Source of the DNA: Pseudomonas aeruginosa
GTDB lineage: Bacteria > Pseudomonadota > Gammaproteobacteria > Pseudomonadales > Pseudomonadaceae
Direction of reading: 5' to 3'
Assembly (NCBI RefSeq): GCF_001457615.1
Contig: NZ_LN831024.1
Span: 4,380,001-4,412,000, forward strand
Length of the DNA stretch: 32,000 nt
Every line of letters starts with the position of its first letter. Position 1 is the stretch's first letter. The notes under the pieces were generated by a model. It did not search any database. It was not told the DNA's origin and worked only from the letters and a program-made list of their open reading frames with translations. A program made the position numbers and the translations under genes. This document shows positions 1 through 12,107 of the stretch, one piece after another.

Positions 1-484
1 AAGAAGTTGCCCAGCAGCGGCTGCGGCGCGTGCAGGTCGGGCTCGCCGGCGAGGCTCAGCCAGATCGAACCGAGCACCGCCAGGCCAAAGCCGATCCAGG
101 TCATCCGGCCGATCCGTTCGTGCAGCAGCAACCAGGCCCCACCGCCACCAGCAACGGCAGCAGCGCGGTGATCATCCCGGCCTGGGCCGCGCTGGTGTAT
201 TGCAGGGCGAAGGATTCGCAGAGGAAGTACAGGCAGGGTTCGCAGACGGCCAGGCCGAGCAGGTACTTCCAGTCGCCCGGGCGGTAGTCGATGCGTCCGC
301 GCCAGCGCCAGGCAACGAGGAACACCAGGCTGCCGAGGGCCATGCGACCGAAGATCACCCAGAGCGGCGGCAGTTCGCGGAAAGCGACCTTCAGCACCAC
401 GTACGAACTGCCCCACAGCGCCATCGCCAGGATCAGGCAGGCCAGGGCGAACCAGCGCGTCCGAGTCAAGGGAATCTCCACCAC
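1..484 (-). pseudogene. EamA/DMT-family inner-membrane transporter, truncated by the window start and apparently frameshifted near 137-140
   Basis: ORF 101..484(-) encodes hydrophobic DMT-like protein (MALWGSSYVVLKVAFRELPPLWVIFGRMALGSLVFL...). Homology-like sequence continues in another frame (AWLLLHERIGRMTWIGFGLAVLGSIWLSLAGEPDLHAPQPLLGNF) down to base 1. Confidence 0.8.
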
Positions 485-582
485 GGGCGCCGCCGCGGCG
501 CCGGAAAAAGGACTCCCAGTATAGGCAGCCGGCTAGCTGCGCCGACAGGCACAGAAAGCGGGCAAAACTGTTGCGCCGGGCC

Positions 583-930
583 TCACTGCTCCCAGGGCTT
601 GCCGCGAGTCTTCTTCTCCAGCGGCAACTGCTGCAGCACCGCGGCCTTGGCCAGCATGTAGGCGCTGACCGGGGCGCTGATGAAGAGGAACAGGCTGATC
701 AGCAATTCGTGCAGGCTGATGCCCGCCTGGCGGTTGGAGAAATAGATCAGCGAGGCGACGATCACCCCGCCGACCCCGAGGGTGGTGGCCTTGGTCGGCC
801 CGTGCAGGCGCATGAAGAAGTCCGGCAGGCGGTACAGGCCGATCGCGCCGATCAGGACGAAGGCGCTGCCCAGCAGGAGGAACGCCGAGACGATGATTTC
901 CAGCCACAGGCTCAGGGGTTCGCCAGTCAT
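583..930 (-). CDS. mnhG: Na+/H+ antiporter subunit G (Mrp/Mnh/Sha type), 115 aa
   Basis: Protein MTGEPLSLWLEIIVSAFLLLGSAFVLIGAIGLYRLPDFFMRLHGPTKATTLGVGGV... has the MnhG/PhaG signature. Start chosen at 930; the longer ORF to 1173 overlaps mnhF. Confidence 0.93.
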   Translation of the reverse strand: MTGEPLSLWLEIIVSAFLLLGSAFVLIGAIGLYRLPDFFMRLHGPTKATTLGVGGVIVASLIYFSNRQAGISLHELLISLFLFISAPVSAYMLAKAAVLQQLPLEKKTRGKPWEQ

Positions 931-1196
931 TCGATGATGTCTCCGCGCAGCATGTATTTGGCCACCGCCACCGTACCGACGAAGCCGAGCACCGCGATCA
1001 GCAGCGCCGCCTCGAAGAACAGGTCGCTGTCGCGCCAGATGCCGTACAGCACCAGCAGCGCGATGGCGTTCACGTAGAGGGTGTCCAGCGCCAGCGCCCG
1101 GTCCGGCAGGCACGGCCCCTTGACCAGGCGCGCCAGGGTCAGCAACAGGGCCAGGCCGAGCAGCGCCAGGCACAGCGGGATCACGTAAGCGAGCAT
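927..1196 (-). CDS. mnhF: Na+/H+ antiporter subunit F, 89 aa
   Basis: MLAYVIPLCLALLGLALLLTLARLVKGPCLPDRALALDTLYVNAIALLVLYGI... is typical MnhF/PhaF. Overlaps the mnhG start by 4 nt. Confidence 0.92.
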   Translation of the reverse strand: MLAYVIPLCLALLGLALLLTLARLVKGPCLPDRALALDTLYVNAIALLVLYGIWRDSDLFFEAALLIAVLGFVGTVAVAKYMLRGDIIE

Positions 1197-1705
1197 GGGA
1201 AGATCTCCTTCAGCGGCGCTTCGTAGCGTTGCTTGATCTCGGCGATCAGCGCCGCCTTGTCCGGCACGTCGAGGCCGTGCACCAGCAAGGTCTTGCGGTC
1301 GTCGCTGAGGTCCGACGACACCGACCCCGGGGTCAGCGAGACGATGCTCACCAGCACGCTGATGGCGAGGTCGTTCTCCAGCTCGATCGGCACCTCGACG
1401 AAGGCCGGACGCAAGCGCTCGATCGGTCCGAGGGTCAGGCGGGCGACCTGGATGTTGGCGACGAGGATGTCCCACATCACCAGCGCCAGCAGCTTCAGCA
1501 GCAGCAACGGATGCCACTCCTGGCTGCGCCCGACCAGCAGGCGGTTGGTCAGCAGCGGAATGCACACGCCGAGGAAGGCGCCGAGCAGCCAGTGGCCAAT
1601 GGCGAAGGAATCCACCAGCAGCAACCAGACCAGCAACAGCAGGACACTAAGCACGGGATGAGGCAGTACGCGAAGAAGCGGACGCGGCAACGAGCAGCTG
1701 ATCAT
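1181..1705 (-). CDS. mnhE: Na+/H+ antiporter subunit E, 174 aa
   Basis: Contains ...NIQVARLTLGPIERLRPAFVEVPIELENDLAISVLVSIVSLTPGSVSSDLSDDRKTLLVHGLDV..., a MnhE/PhaE signature. Position in operon. Confidence 0.93.
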   Translation of the reverse strand: MISCSLPRPLLRVLPHPVLSVLLLLVWLLLVDSFAIGHWLLGAFLGVCIPLLTNRLLVGRSQEWHPLLLLKLLALVMWDILVANIQVARLTLGPIERLRPAFVEVPIELENDLAISVLVSIVSLTPGSVSSDLSDDRKTLLVHGLDVPDKAALIAEIKQRYEAPLKEIFPCSLT

Positions 1706-3201
1706 GCGGCACCTCCGCGGGTGATGATCTGGCGATACAGGTCGAGGTCGTGCAACTGCGCCGCGGTGGCCTGGACGTAGGCCAGCAGCGGCTTCGCGGC
1801 GAACACCAGCAACGGGCCGGCGGAGAGCAACAGGATGCAGGCGAACAAGCGGCCGTGGTCCAGTTCGGCGCTACCGAGCACGGTATGCCCGGTGCGCCAG
1901 AACAGCGTGCTGCCGGCCCGGCTCAACGCCACCAGCGCCACCAGGCCGCTGCCCAGTACCACGCTCCATAGGGCCAGCGCCTGGCTGCCGGGAGCGACCG
2001 ACTGCAAAAGCATGACCTTGCCGAAGAACCCCGACAATGGCGGCAGACCGGCAACGGCGATGGCGCCGATGAAGAAAGCCCCGCCGAGCAACCGAGGATT
2101 CTGCAACGCCGGGCCCTGGACCAGGTCGCCGGCCTTGTCGCCGCGCTGGCGGGCGACCAGGTCGGCGAGCAGGAACAGGCCACCGGCGATCCAGGTACTG
2201 TGCAGCAGGTAGTACAGCGACGCCGCCAGCGCCCGCTCGCTGCCCAACGCCACGCCAGCCAGGAGGGTTCCGGCGGAGACCACCACCAGGTAGGCCAGCA
2301 GGCCTTGCAGGGTCCGCGCCGCCAAGGCACCGATCGCGCCCAGGCCGAGGGTCGCCAGGGCCAGCGGCCAGAGCCAGGCCTGCGCCAGGTTGGCCAGCTC
2401 GCCGGCGGCATCGCCGAAGACCAGCGTGTAGACCCGCAGGATCGAGTAGATGCCGACCTTGGTCATGATCGCGAACAGCGCCGCCACCGGCGCGCTGGCC
2501 GCGGCATAGGCGCGCGGCAGCCAGAAGTACAGCGGCAACAGCGCCGCCTTCAGGGCGAACACCACCAGCAGCAGGAGCCCGGCTGCCGCCAGCAGCGGCG
2601 CGCGCTCGGCATCTGCCATGGCGATCTTCTGCGCCATGTCGGCCATGTTCAGGGTGCCGGTGAGGCCATACAGGGTACCCACGGCGATCAGGAAGAACGC
2701 CGAGCCGACCAGGTTTAGGATCACGTAGTGCAAGCCCGAGCGCACCCGCTCCGCGCCGCCGCCATGCAGGAGCAACGCGTAGGAGGCGATCAGGAGTATC
2801 TCGAAGAACACGAACAGGTTGAACAGGTCGCCGGTCAGGAAGGCGCCGTTGATACCGAGCAGCTGGAACTGGAACAACGCGTGGAAATGCTTGCCCAGGC
2901 GGTCGTCGCCACGCAGCGCGTAGATCAGCGCGGCGCTGCCGAGCACCGCGGTGGCCAGCAGCATCAGGGCGGCGAGACGATCGAGCATGAGCACGATGCC
3001 GAACGGCGCGGCCCAGTTGCCCAGGGCATAGACGCTCAGGTCGCCGCTGGCGGCCGTACGTATCAGCAGCAGGCTCAGGGGGATCAGTGCCAGCGCCGCG
3101 AGCAACGACAGGCCGCGCTGCCAGCGCTCGGCCAGCGGCAACAGCAGCAGGCTGCCGGCAAACAGGGGGAGCAGGATCGGCAGGATCAGCCAATGGCTCA
3201 T
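1702..3201 (-). CDS. mnhD: Na+/H+ antiporter subunit D (proton-translocating, NuoN/L-like), 499 aa
   Basis: Many TM segments with MnhD-like motifs (LFVFFEILLIASYALLLHGG, FALKAALLPLYFWLPRAYAAASAPVAALFAIMTKVGIYSILRV). ATGA-type overlap with mnhE. Confidence 0.95.
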   Translation of the reverse strand: MSHWLILPILLPLFAGSLLLLPLAERWQRGLSLLAALALIPLSLLLIRTAASGDLSVYALGNWAAPFGIVLMLDRLAALMLLATAVLGSAALIYALRGDDRLGKHFHALFQFQLLGINGAFLTGDLFNLFVFFEILLIASYALLLHGGGAERVRSGLHYVILNLVGSAFFLIAVGTLYGLTGTLNMADMAQKIAMADAERAPLLAAAGLLLLVVFALKAALLPLYFWLPRAYAAASAPVAALFAIMTKVGIYSILRVYTLVFGDAAGELANLAQAWLWPLALATLGLGAIGALAARTLQGLLAYLVVVSAGTLLAGVALGSERALAASLYYLLHSTWIAGGLFLLADLVARQRGDKAGDLVQGPALQNPRLLGGAFFIGAIAVAGLPPLSGFFGKVMLLQSVAPGSQALALWSVVLGSGLVALVALSRAGSTLFWRTGHTVLGSAELDHGRLFACILLLSAGPLLVFAAKPLLAYVQATAAQLHDLDLYRQIITRGGAA

Positions 3202-3535
3202 GGGCGCGGCTCCTCCTCGTCCGGGCGTCCATCTACGTGGTCGCTGCCGAGGTCACCGAGGCCACGCAGGGCCAGGACCACGACAAAGGCGGTCATGGCG
3301 AAGCCGATGACGATGGCGGTCAGCACCAGCGCCTGCGGCAACGGATCACCATACTCCCCGGGAGTGCCGATCACCGCGACGCTGCCGCCGAGCCGGCCCA
3401 TGGCGAACAGGAACAGGTTGACCGCGTAGGAGATCAGCGTGAGACCGAGCACCACCGGGAAAGTCCTCGCCCGCAGCAGCAGGTAGACGCCGCTGGCGGT
3501 GAGCAGGCCGAGGGTGATGGCGAACAGGGCTTCCA

Positions 3536-3536
<1 letters not shown>
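3198..3536 (-). CDS. mnhC: Na+/H+ antiporter subunit C (NuoK-like), 112 aa
   Basis: MEALFAITLGLLTASGVYLLLRARTFPVVLGLTLISYAVNLFLFAMGRL...DPLPQALVLTAIVIGFAMTAFVVVL is the MnhC/PhaC signature. Confidence 0.94.
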
Positions 3537-6336
<2,800 letters not shown>

Positions 6337-6625
6337 GGGCTACTCCTCTTCGATGGCGGAGCCCCCGGCATGCCTGGCCGGCGGTGCTTCCCCGCGGTTG
6401 TCGGTGCGCGGCCGGATCGCCAGCAGCTCGAAGCCCCATCGGCCACCGGCAGGCGCGGCGCGACGGAACTACGATTATCGCAATCTATCGAACGAACGTC
6501 ATGGATTGAATTATTACAAAATTCAGGCGTTCCGACTGCCGGAAAGCCGAAAAAAACTCTGCAACGGCAACGACTTGAAGCTTAGCAAGACAACGCCGGC
6601 AGTGGTTCGGCGCTACAACGAAAAC

Positions 6626-6644
6626 GGCCGGCGAAATGCCGGCC
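6626..6644 (-). terminator. Putative Rho-independent terminator downstream of the 6665-7129 lipoprotein gene
   Basis: Inverted repeat GGCCGGC-(5 nt)-GCCGGCC followed on the minus strand by GTTTTCG. Confidence 0.6.
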
Positions 6645-6664
6645 GCGGGATAACGTGGGAAGAA

Positions 6665-7129
6665 TCAGTGGGCGACGCGGCTGGTGCCGTTGACGGTCAG
6701 GATGCGCACGCGCTCGCCGACGCGGAAGATCTGGCCCTGGTCGACCTGCTGGACATAGGCGCGGGTGCTGCCGTCGTCTTCGCGCACGGTGATCTCGACG
6801 CCCTGGGTGCGCGTCAGGCCTTCTTCGGTAGCCGCGCCCAGCAGGCCGCCAGCGACCGCGCCGATGATGGCCGCGACGTAGCTGCCCTTGCCGCCGCCCA
6901 CCGCGCTGCCGGCGACACCGCCGACGCCGGCACCGGCGATGGAACCGATCGGGGTCTTGGTGCCTTCGATCTTGACCGGGCGCAAGGCCTGGATGGTGCC
7001 CATGCGTACAGTCTGCACGGTACGGGCTTCCTCACGGCTGTAGGTATCGCCGGTGAGGCTGGATTGGCAGCCGCCAAGAGCCAGGGCCATGGCGGTGAAG
7101 GAAGCAACGATCAAGGCAGACTTGCGCAT
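6665..7129 (-). CDS. Glycine-zipper outer-membrane lipoprotein (SlyB/PcP-like), 154 aa
   Basis: MRKSALIVASFTAMALALGGCQSS lipobox; glycine-zipper GSIAGAGVGGVAGSAVGGGKGSYVAAIIGAVAGGLLGAATEEG. Confidence 0.9.
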   Translation of the reverse strand: MRKSALIVASFTAMALALGGCQSSLTGDTYSREEARTVQTVRMGTIQALRPVKIEGTKTPIGSIAGAGVGGVAGSAVGGGKGSYVAAIIGAVAGGLLGAATEEGLTRTQGVEITVREDDGSTRAYVQQVDQGQIFRVGERVRILTVNGTSRVAH

Positions 7130-7316
7130 AACGGCATCTCCGAAAGGGATAACTGACGAATATTAGACTCTCCCGCAGCCGCTCCTGTCACCTGGCCGGC
7201 GCGAGATAATCGAATCGATTCAGCAATGGTACAGGTTCGTTCAGTTTCGACCGAACCCTCCCGCTTTCATCGGCGGGACCGATCGGCTAGGGTGAGCGCC
7301 CGCAGAAGGAACAGCC

Positions 7317-7559
7317 ATGGACTATTTCATCATCGTCGTCACCACCGCCGCCGGCCTGTATTTCCACTGGTGGATCTACTGGCGCATCCGCCGCTGGATG
7401 GACCGCGACCTGGCGCTGTCATTCGCCGGCGACGACCCGCAAAAGCGTGACTATCTGTTACAGCGACTGGCCGAGGCCAAGGCCAGCAAGGTGAAGCGGC
7501 GCGACCTGCCGGCCTGGCTGGAGCGCGCCGCCGCCGACTACCCTTCCCGCGAAGCCTGA
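7317..7559 (+). CDS. Small hypothetical membrane-associated protein, 80 aa
   Basis: Intact ORF with N-terminal hydrophobic segment (MDYFIIVVTTAAGLYFHWWIYWRIRRWMDRD...). Converges on the glycerate kinase with a 22-nt 3' overlap. Confidence 0.7.
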   Translation: MDYFIIVVTTAAGLYFHWWIYWRIRRWMDRDLALSFAGDDPQKRDYLLQRLAEAKASKVKRRDLPAWLERAAADYPSREA

Positions 7560-8683
7560 GCCAGGCGCCAGAGCCGGGCGATCTGCTCGGCGCGCGCCTC
7601 CAGTTCCGCCGCCGCTCCGGCACAGGCCTGCTCCAGGCTGATCGGTCCCGGCGCCAGGCTGAACGCCGCATCGATGCCGGCGTCGTGCAGGCGCTGGTAG
7701 CCGTCGCCCAGGCTGCCGGCCAGGGCTACCACGGGAACGCCGGCCTGGCGCGCGATCCGCGCCACGCCCACCGGGGTCTTGCCGTGCAGGCTCTGCGCAT
7801 CCAGACGGCCCTCGCCGGTCAGCACCAGGTCGGCACCGACCAGCGCATCGGCCAGCCCGGCCAGCTCCGCCACCAGTTCGATGCCTGGGCGGAAACGCGC
7901 GCGGAGGAATGCCCTCGCGGCGAAACCCAGGCCGCCGGCGGCGCCGACGCCCGGCACCCGGCTGAAGTCCTCGCCAAGGGTCGCCGCGACCACCTTGGCG
8001 AAGTGCGCCAGGGCGGCATCCAGTTGCGCCACCTGTTCGGCGCTGGCGCCCTTCTGCGGACCGAACACCGCCGACGCGCCGCGCGGCCCGCATAGCGGGT
8101 TGTCGACGTCTGCGGCGACTTCCACCGCGACATCCACCAGGCGCGGATCCAGCCCGCCCAGGTCGAGACTGTGCAGGCCAGCCAGCGCGGCGCCGCCGGG
8201 CGCCAGTTCCTCGCCGTCGGCAGCCAGGAAACGCACGCCGAGCGCGCCCAGCAGGCCGGCGCCGGCATCGTTGGTAGCGCTGCCGCCGAGGCCGAGGATA
8301 ATCTTCCGCGCCCCGGCGTCCAGCGCCGCACGGATCAGCTCGCCAGTGCCACGGCTGCTGCTGCGCGTGGCGTCGCGGCGGTCGCGCGGGACCAGGTGCA
8401 AGCCGCTGGCGGAAGCCATTTCGATCACTGCGGTGGCGTCGTCCAGCCAGCCCCAGTGCGCCAGGGTCGGCTCACCGAGCGGGCCTTCGACACGGCATTC
8501 GCGACGTTCGCCGGCGGTGGCGGCGAGTACCGCATCGACCGTGCCTTCGCCGCCGTCCGCCAGTGGCCGCAGCAACACCTCGGCCTGCGGGAAGACTCGC
8601 CGCCAGCCGCGGGCGATAGCCTCGGCGACGTCGGGCGCGGACAGGCTTTCCTTGAACGAATCAGGAGCAATCACGATTTTCAT
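7538..8683 (-). CDS. Glycerate kinase (GarK/GlxK family), 381 aa
   Basis: MKIVIAPDSFKESLSAPDVAEAIARGWRRVFP...LRPLADGGEGTVDAVL... is the canonical glycerate kinase type 1 N-terminus. Confidence 0.96.
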   Translation of the reverse strand: MKIVIAPDSFKESLSAPDVAEAIARGWRRVFPQAEVLLRPLADGGEGTVDAVLAATAGERRECRVEGPLGEPTLAHWGWLDDATAVIEMASASGLHLVPRDRRDATRSSSRGTGELIRAALDAGARKIILGLGGSATNDAGAGLLGALGVRFLAADGEELAPGGAALAGLHSLDLGGLDPRLVDVAVEVAADVDNPLCGPRGASAVFGPQKGASAEQVAQLDAALAHFAKVVAATLGEDFSRVPGVGAAGGLGFAARAFLRARFRPGIELVAELAGLADALVGADLVLTGEGRLDAQSLHGKTPVGVARIARQAGVPVVALAGSLGDGYQRLHDAGIDAAFSLAPGPISLEQACAGAAAELEARAEQIARLWRLAQASREG

Positions 8684-8724
8684 CAGTCACCTCGCAGGGC
8701 CGGGAGTCCCCGGCCCCGCTTCAA

Positions 8725-10083
8725 TCAGAGCAGCACAAGGCTGAGCAGCCATACCGCGAGCATACCGGCGATACCCTGGACCAGGGTCGCCAGGGTCTGG
8801 GCGCGATAGGCAGTGGATACGGTCATGCGGCTGAACTGTGTGACCACCCAGAAGAAGCTGTCATTGGCGTGGGACACCGTCATCGCTCCGGCACCGATCG
8901 CCATGACCGTCAGCACCCGGCCCATCTCGCTGTCCAGGCCGAGCTGCGGCAGCAGCGGAGCGACCAGCGCCGAGGTGGTGACCAGCGCCACGGTGGTCGA
9001 GCCCTGTGCGGTCTTCAGCGCGGCCGCCACCACGAACGGCATGAACAGGCCGATGCCCAACGCTGACAGGGTGCTGCCCAGGTAGTCGCCGAGCGGAGTG
9101 ATCTTCAGCATCGCACCGAAGGCGCCGCCGGCGCCGGTGATCAGCAGGATCGGCGCGGCCGACTGGATGCCTTCCACCACGCGCTCATGGAATTCCTCGC
9201 GCTTGCTCTGGCCCTTGAGCAGGGTGCAGGCCAGCGCCAGGCCGACCAGCAGGGCGATCACCGGTTGACCGAGGAAGTTCAGGCAGGCGAACAGTACGCC
9301 CTCGCCCAGCGGCTTGCTCGGGAATACCGCGACCGAGCCAAGGCAGATCAACAGGATCGGTACGAAGATCGGCGCGAACGCCTGGGTCGCGCTGGGCAGC
9401 TTGCCGTAGCGGGCACGCAGCTCGCTGAAATCCTCTTCGGTCTGGACGACCTGGCCGTCGTCGACCAGGGGAATGTCCTTGCCGACGAAGCGATTGGCCC
9501 ACCACATGCCGGCCATCGCGGTGACGAAGGCGACCACCAGGCCGACCACGATCACCAGGCCAAGGCTGGCGTCCAGGCCGAGGTTGCCGGCCGCGGCGAT
9601 CGGTCCCGGGGTCGGCGGCACGAAGGTGTGGGTGGCGTAGAGACCGGTGGCCAGGGCCACGCTCATGGCGATGGTGGATATCTTCATCCGCGCCGCCAGG
9701 GCGTTCTTCAGCGAGTTGAGGATGACGAAGCCGGAATCGCAGAACACCGGGATCGACACCAGGTAGCCGATGATCGACATGGTCAGGGTCGGGAAGCGTT
9801 CGCCGAGCAGGCGGATCACGCTTTCCGCCATGGTGATCGCCGCACCGCTGCGCTCGAGGATCACCCCGATGATGGTGCCGAGCACGATGACGATGCCGAT
9901 GTAGCCGAGGATGCTGCCGAAGCCGCCGGTAACGGTCTTGACGATTTCCGCCGTGGGTACCTGGTAGGCGAAGCCGGCGATCAGCGCGGCCGCCAGCAGG
10001 GCGAGGAACGGGTGCAGCTTGAGTCGCGTGGTGGACAGGACGATAAAGGCGATCAACGCCAGCAGGATCAGGACCAGGGTCAT
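8725..10083 (-). CDS. GntP-family gluconate/glycerate-type permease, 452 aa
   Basis: Polytopic membrane protein with GntP features (GGFGSILGYIGIVIVLGTIIGVILERSGAA, GMWWANRFVGKDIP, SHANDSFFWVVTQFS). Confidence 0.93.
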   Translation of the reverse strand: MTLVLILLALIAFIVLSTTRLKLHPFLALLAAALIAGFAYQVPTAEIVKTVTGGFGSILGYIGIVIVLGTIIGVILERSGAAITMAESVIRLLGERFPTLTMSIIGYLVSIPVFCDSGFVILNSLKNALAARMKISTIAMSVALATGLYATHTFVPPTPGPIAAAGNLGLDASLGLVIVVGLVVAFVTAMAGMWWANRFVGKDIPLVDDGQVVQTEEDFSELRARYGKLPSATQAFAPIFVPILLICLGSVAVFPSKPLGEGVLFACLNFLGQPVIALLVGLALACTLLKGQSKREEFHERVVEGIQSAAPILLITGAGGAFGAMLKITPLGDYLGSTLSALGIGLFMPFVVAAALKTAQGSTTVALVTTSALVAPLLPQLGLDSEMGRVLTVMAIGAGAMTVSHANDSFFWVVTQFSRMTVSTAYRAQTLATLVQGIAGMLAVWLLSLVLL

Positions 10084-10241
10084 GAGCCGCCTCCTTGTTG
10101 TTATGGGTGTGGGATGGGCGCCCAGGGGCGGGTCATTTTCGCTCCGTCGGGACCGGACACGCCTTGTGCAACGGCCAGAGGAAGACGGCGCTGGAAGGGG
10201 AACATTTTGTGCGACTGCACAGTGAATCGATTGATCGCCCG

Positions 10242-11354
10242 TTACCCGCGGCGCGGAACGAGCAATTGCAGCCCCAGCAACAATTGCTGGCGGTGCTCCA
10301 GGCGAGCGAGATCGAGCCCGCTGATCGAAGCGATGCGCTCCAGTCGGTAGCGCAGGCTGTTGCGATGGATCCCCAGCGCCTGGGCACAGGCCTGGGCGTG
10401 ACCGTCATGGGCGCACCAGGACTCCAGGGTAGCGGCCAGCGAACCTTGCGGATCGTGGTCGAGCAACCGCTGCAAGGGCGCCAGCAGCTGCCGCACCTGC
10501 CAACTGTCGCGCTGGCTGAACAGCAGGCTGGCGAGGCGGTGTCCGTCCAGGGTCACGACCCGCCGACCGGGCAACCGGCTGCGCGCATAGTCCAGCAGGT
10601 CGCGCGCGGCGCAGGCCGAGGCGCGCAGCTCGGCCAGGTCATGCGCCGGGTCGCCGGCACACAGGCGCGCCACGCCCCAGCCGCGCGCGTCGGCGCGCTC
10701 CAGCCAGTGCTCGAGCGTATCTGCGTGGGCTACCGGCCGGCACCAGAACACCAGGCGCTCGCCCAGCGCCGCGCTCCAGTGCTCCGCCCGGCCGCCGAGT
10801 GCCGCCAGCAGGCGAGCCTGGCAAGACAGCGGATCGGCATGCTCGGGCAGCTCCAGGAAGACCGCCTGGCGCGGCCAGTGCATGGCCAGCCCCAGGTGTT
10901 CGGCATCGGCCGCCAGCGCCCCGAGGCCGTGGCTGGGATCGAGCAACTGGCGCAGCCAGGCTTCGTGACGCTGGCGTTGCCAGTGTCGCTCGTCCTGCAT
11001 CTGGCGCTGTTCCATGAGCATTTCCGCTGCCATCCGCACCAGCTCGGCATAGGGCCGGACCACCTCCGGCGCGCCGGTGATGCCGAGCACGCCGACCAGC
11101 CGCTCGGCGTGCAGCAACGGCAGGTTCACCCCTGGCCGCACCCCGCGCAGGCAGGCGGCGGCCTGCTCGTCGATTTCCACCACCCGCCGGTTGGCCAGCA
11201 CCAGTTGCGCCCCTTCGTGGCGGGTATGCAGGCGCGATGGATCGCCGCTGCCGATGATCATGCCCTGGGCATCCATCACATTGATGTTGTGCGGCAGGAT
11301 CGCCATCGCCCGATCGACGATGTGCTGCGCCAGCGTCGAATCCAGTTCGAACAT
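10242..11354 (-). CDS. CdaR-family (sugar diacid/glycerate) transcriptional regulator, 370 aa
   Basis: N-terminal sugar-diacid recognition domain (LAQHIVDRAMAILPHNINVMDAQGMIIGSGDPSRLHTRHEGA) and C-terminal PucR-type HTH (ALGIHRNSLRYRLERIASISGLDLARLEHRQQLLLGLQLL). Confidence 0.93.
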   Translation of the reverse strand: MFELDSTLAQHIVDRAMAILPHNINVMDAQGMIIGSGDPSRLHTRHEGAQLVLANRRVVEIDEQAAACLRGVRPGVNLPLLHAERLVGVLGITGAPEVVRPYAELVRMAAEMLMEQRQMQDERHWQRQRHEAWLRQLLDPSHGLGALAADAEHLGLAMHWPRQAVFLELPEHADPLSCQARLLAALGGRAEHWSAALGERLVFWCRPVAHADTLEHWLERADARGWGVARLCAGDPAHDLAELRASACAARDLLDYARSRLPGRRVVTLDGHRLASLLFSQRDSWQVRQLLAPLQRLLDHDPQGSLAATLESWCAHDGHAQACAQALGIHRNSLRYRLERIASISGLDLARLEHRQQLLLGLQLLVPRRG

Positions 11355-11361
11355 GGAGGAC

Positions 11362-12009
11362 TCAGGGCGCCAGGCGTTCGCGCGACCAGCCGCCGTCCTG
11401 GCGTCGATAGTCGAGACGGTCGTGCAGGCGGCTCGGCCGCCCCTGCCAGAACTCGATGCGCTGCGGCAGGAGACGGTAGCCGCCCCAGTGCTCGGGACAG
11501 CTCGGCGGCTGGTCGGCGAAACGCCGCTCGGTGTCCGCGAGCAGCCGTTCCAGCTCGGCGCGATCGGCGATGACCCGGCTCTGCGGCGAGGCCCAGGCGC
11601 CCAGGCGACTGCCCAGCGGACGCACCTGGTAGTAGGCGTCGGATTCCTCGGGAGTGACCTTCTCGACGCTGCCTTCGATGCGCACCTGGCGCTCCAGAGC
11701 CGGCCAGAAGAAGGTCATGGCCGCCCGCGGATTGGCCGCCAGTTGCCGGCCCTTGGCGCTTTCGTAGTTGGTGAAGAAGGTGAAGCCGCGCTCGTCGAGG
11801 CCCTTGAGCAGGAGGATACGGCAATGCGGATAGCCGTCGGCGTCGACGGTGGCCAGGGTCATGGCGTTGGGTTCGACCGGCAGGCGCTCGGTCTTCACCG
11901 CGTCGTCGAACCACTGGCGGAACAGGCTGAAGGGATCGCTAGGGGCGTTGGCCTCGCTGAGGCCATCGCGGGTGTACTCGCGGCGCATATCGGCCAGGGA
12001 CTGGGTCAT
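11362..12009 (-). CDS. pdxH: Pyridoxamine/pyridoxine 5'-phosphate oxidase, 215 aa
   Basis: [38 protein letters not shown]...[44 protein letters not shown]... to the conserved C-terminal [20 protein letters not shown]. Start set at 12009 within the longer ORF to 12087. Confidence 0.96.
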   Translation of the reverse strand: MTQSLADMRREYTRDGLSEANAPSDPFSLFRQWFDDAVKTERLPVEPNAMTLATVDADGYPHCRILLLKGLDERGFTFFTNYESAKGRQLAANPRAAMTFFWPALERQVRIEGSVEKVTPEESDAYYQVRPLGSRLGAWASPQSRVIADRAELERLLADTERRFADQPPSCPEHWGGYRLLPQRIEFWQGRPSRLHDRLDYRRQDGGWSRERLAP

Positions 12010-12107
12010 GGCGCATCTCCAGGGGGAAATGCGCCATAGCTTAACCGCAGACTCCGCCTCGCGCTTGATCCGGGACAATGGCGCCAAGCGCCCTGCCCCG
12101 GTTCGGC

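Noticed and set aside
10095-12039. Plus-strand ORFs of 492 and 320 aa over the regulator and pdxH
   Set aside because: Antisense to confidently assigned cdaR-like and pdxH genes; no recognisable domains.
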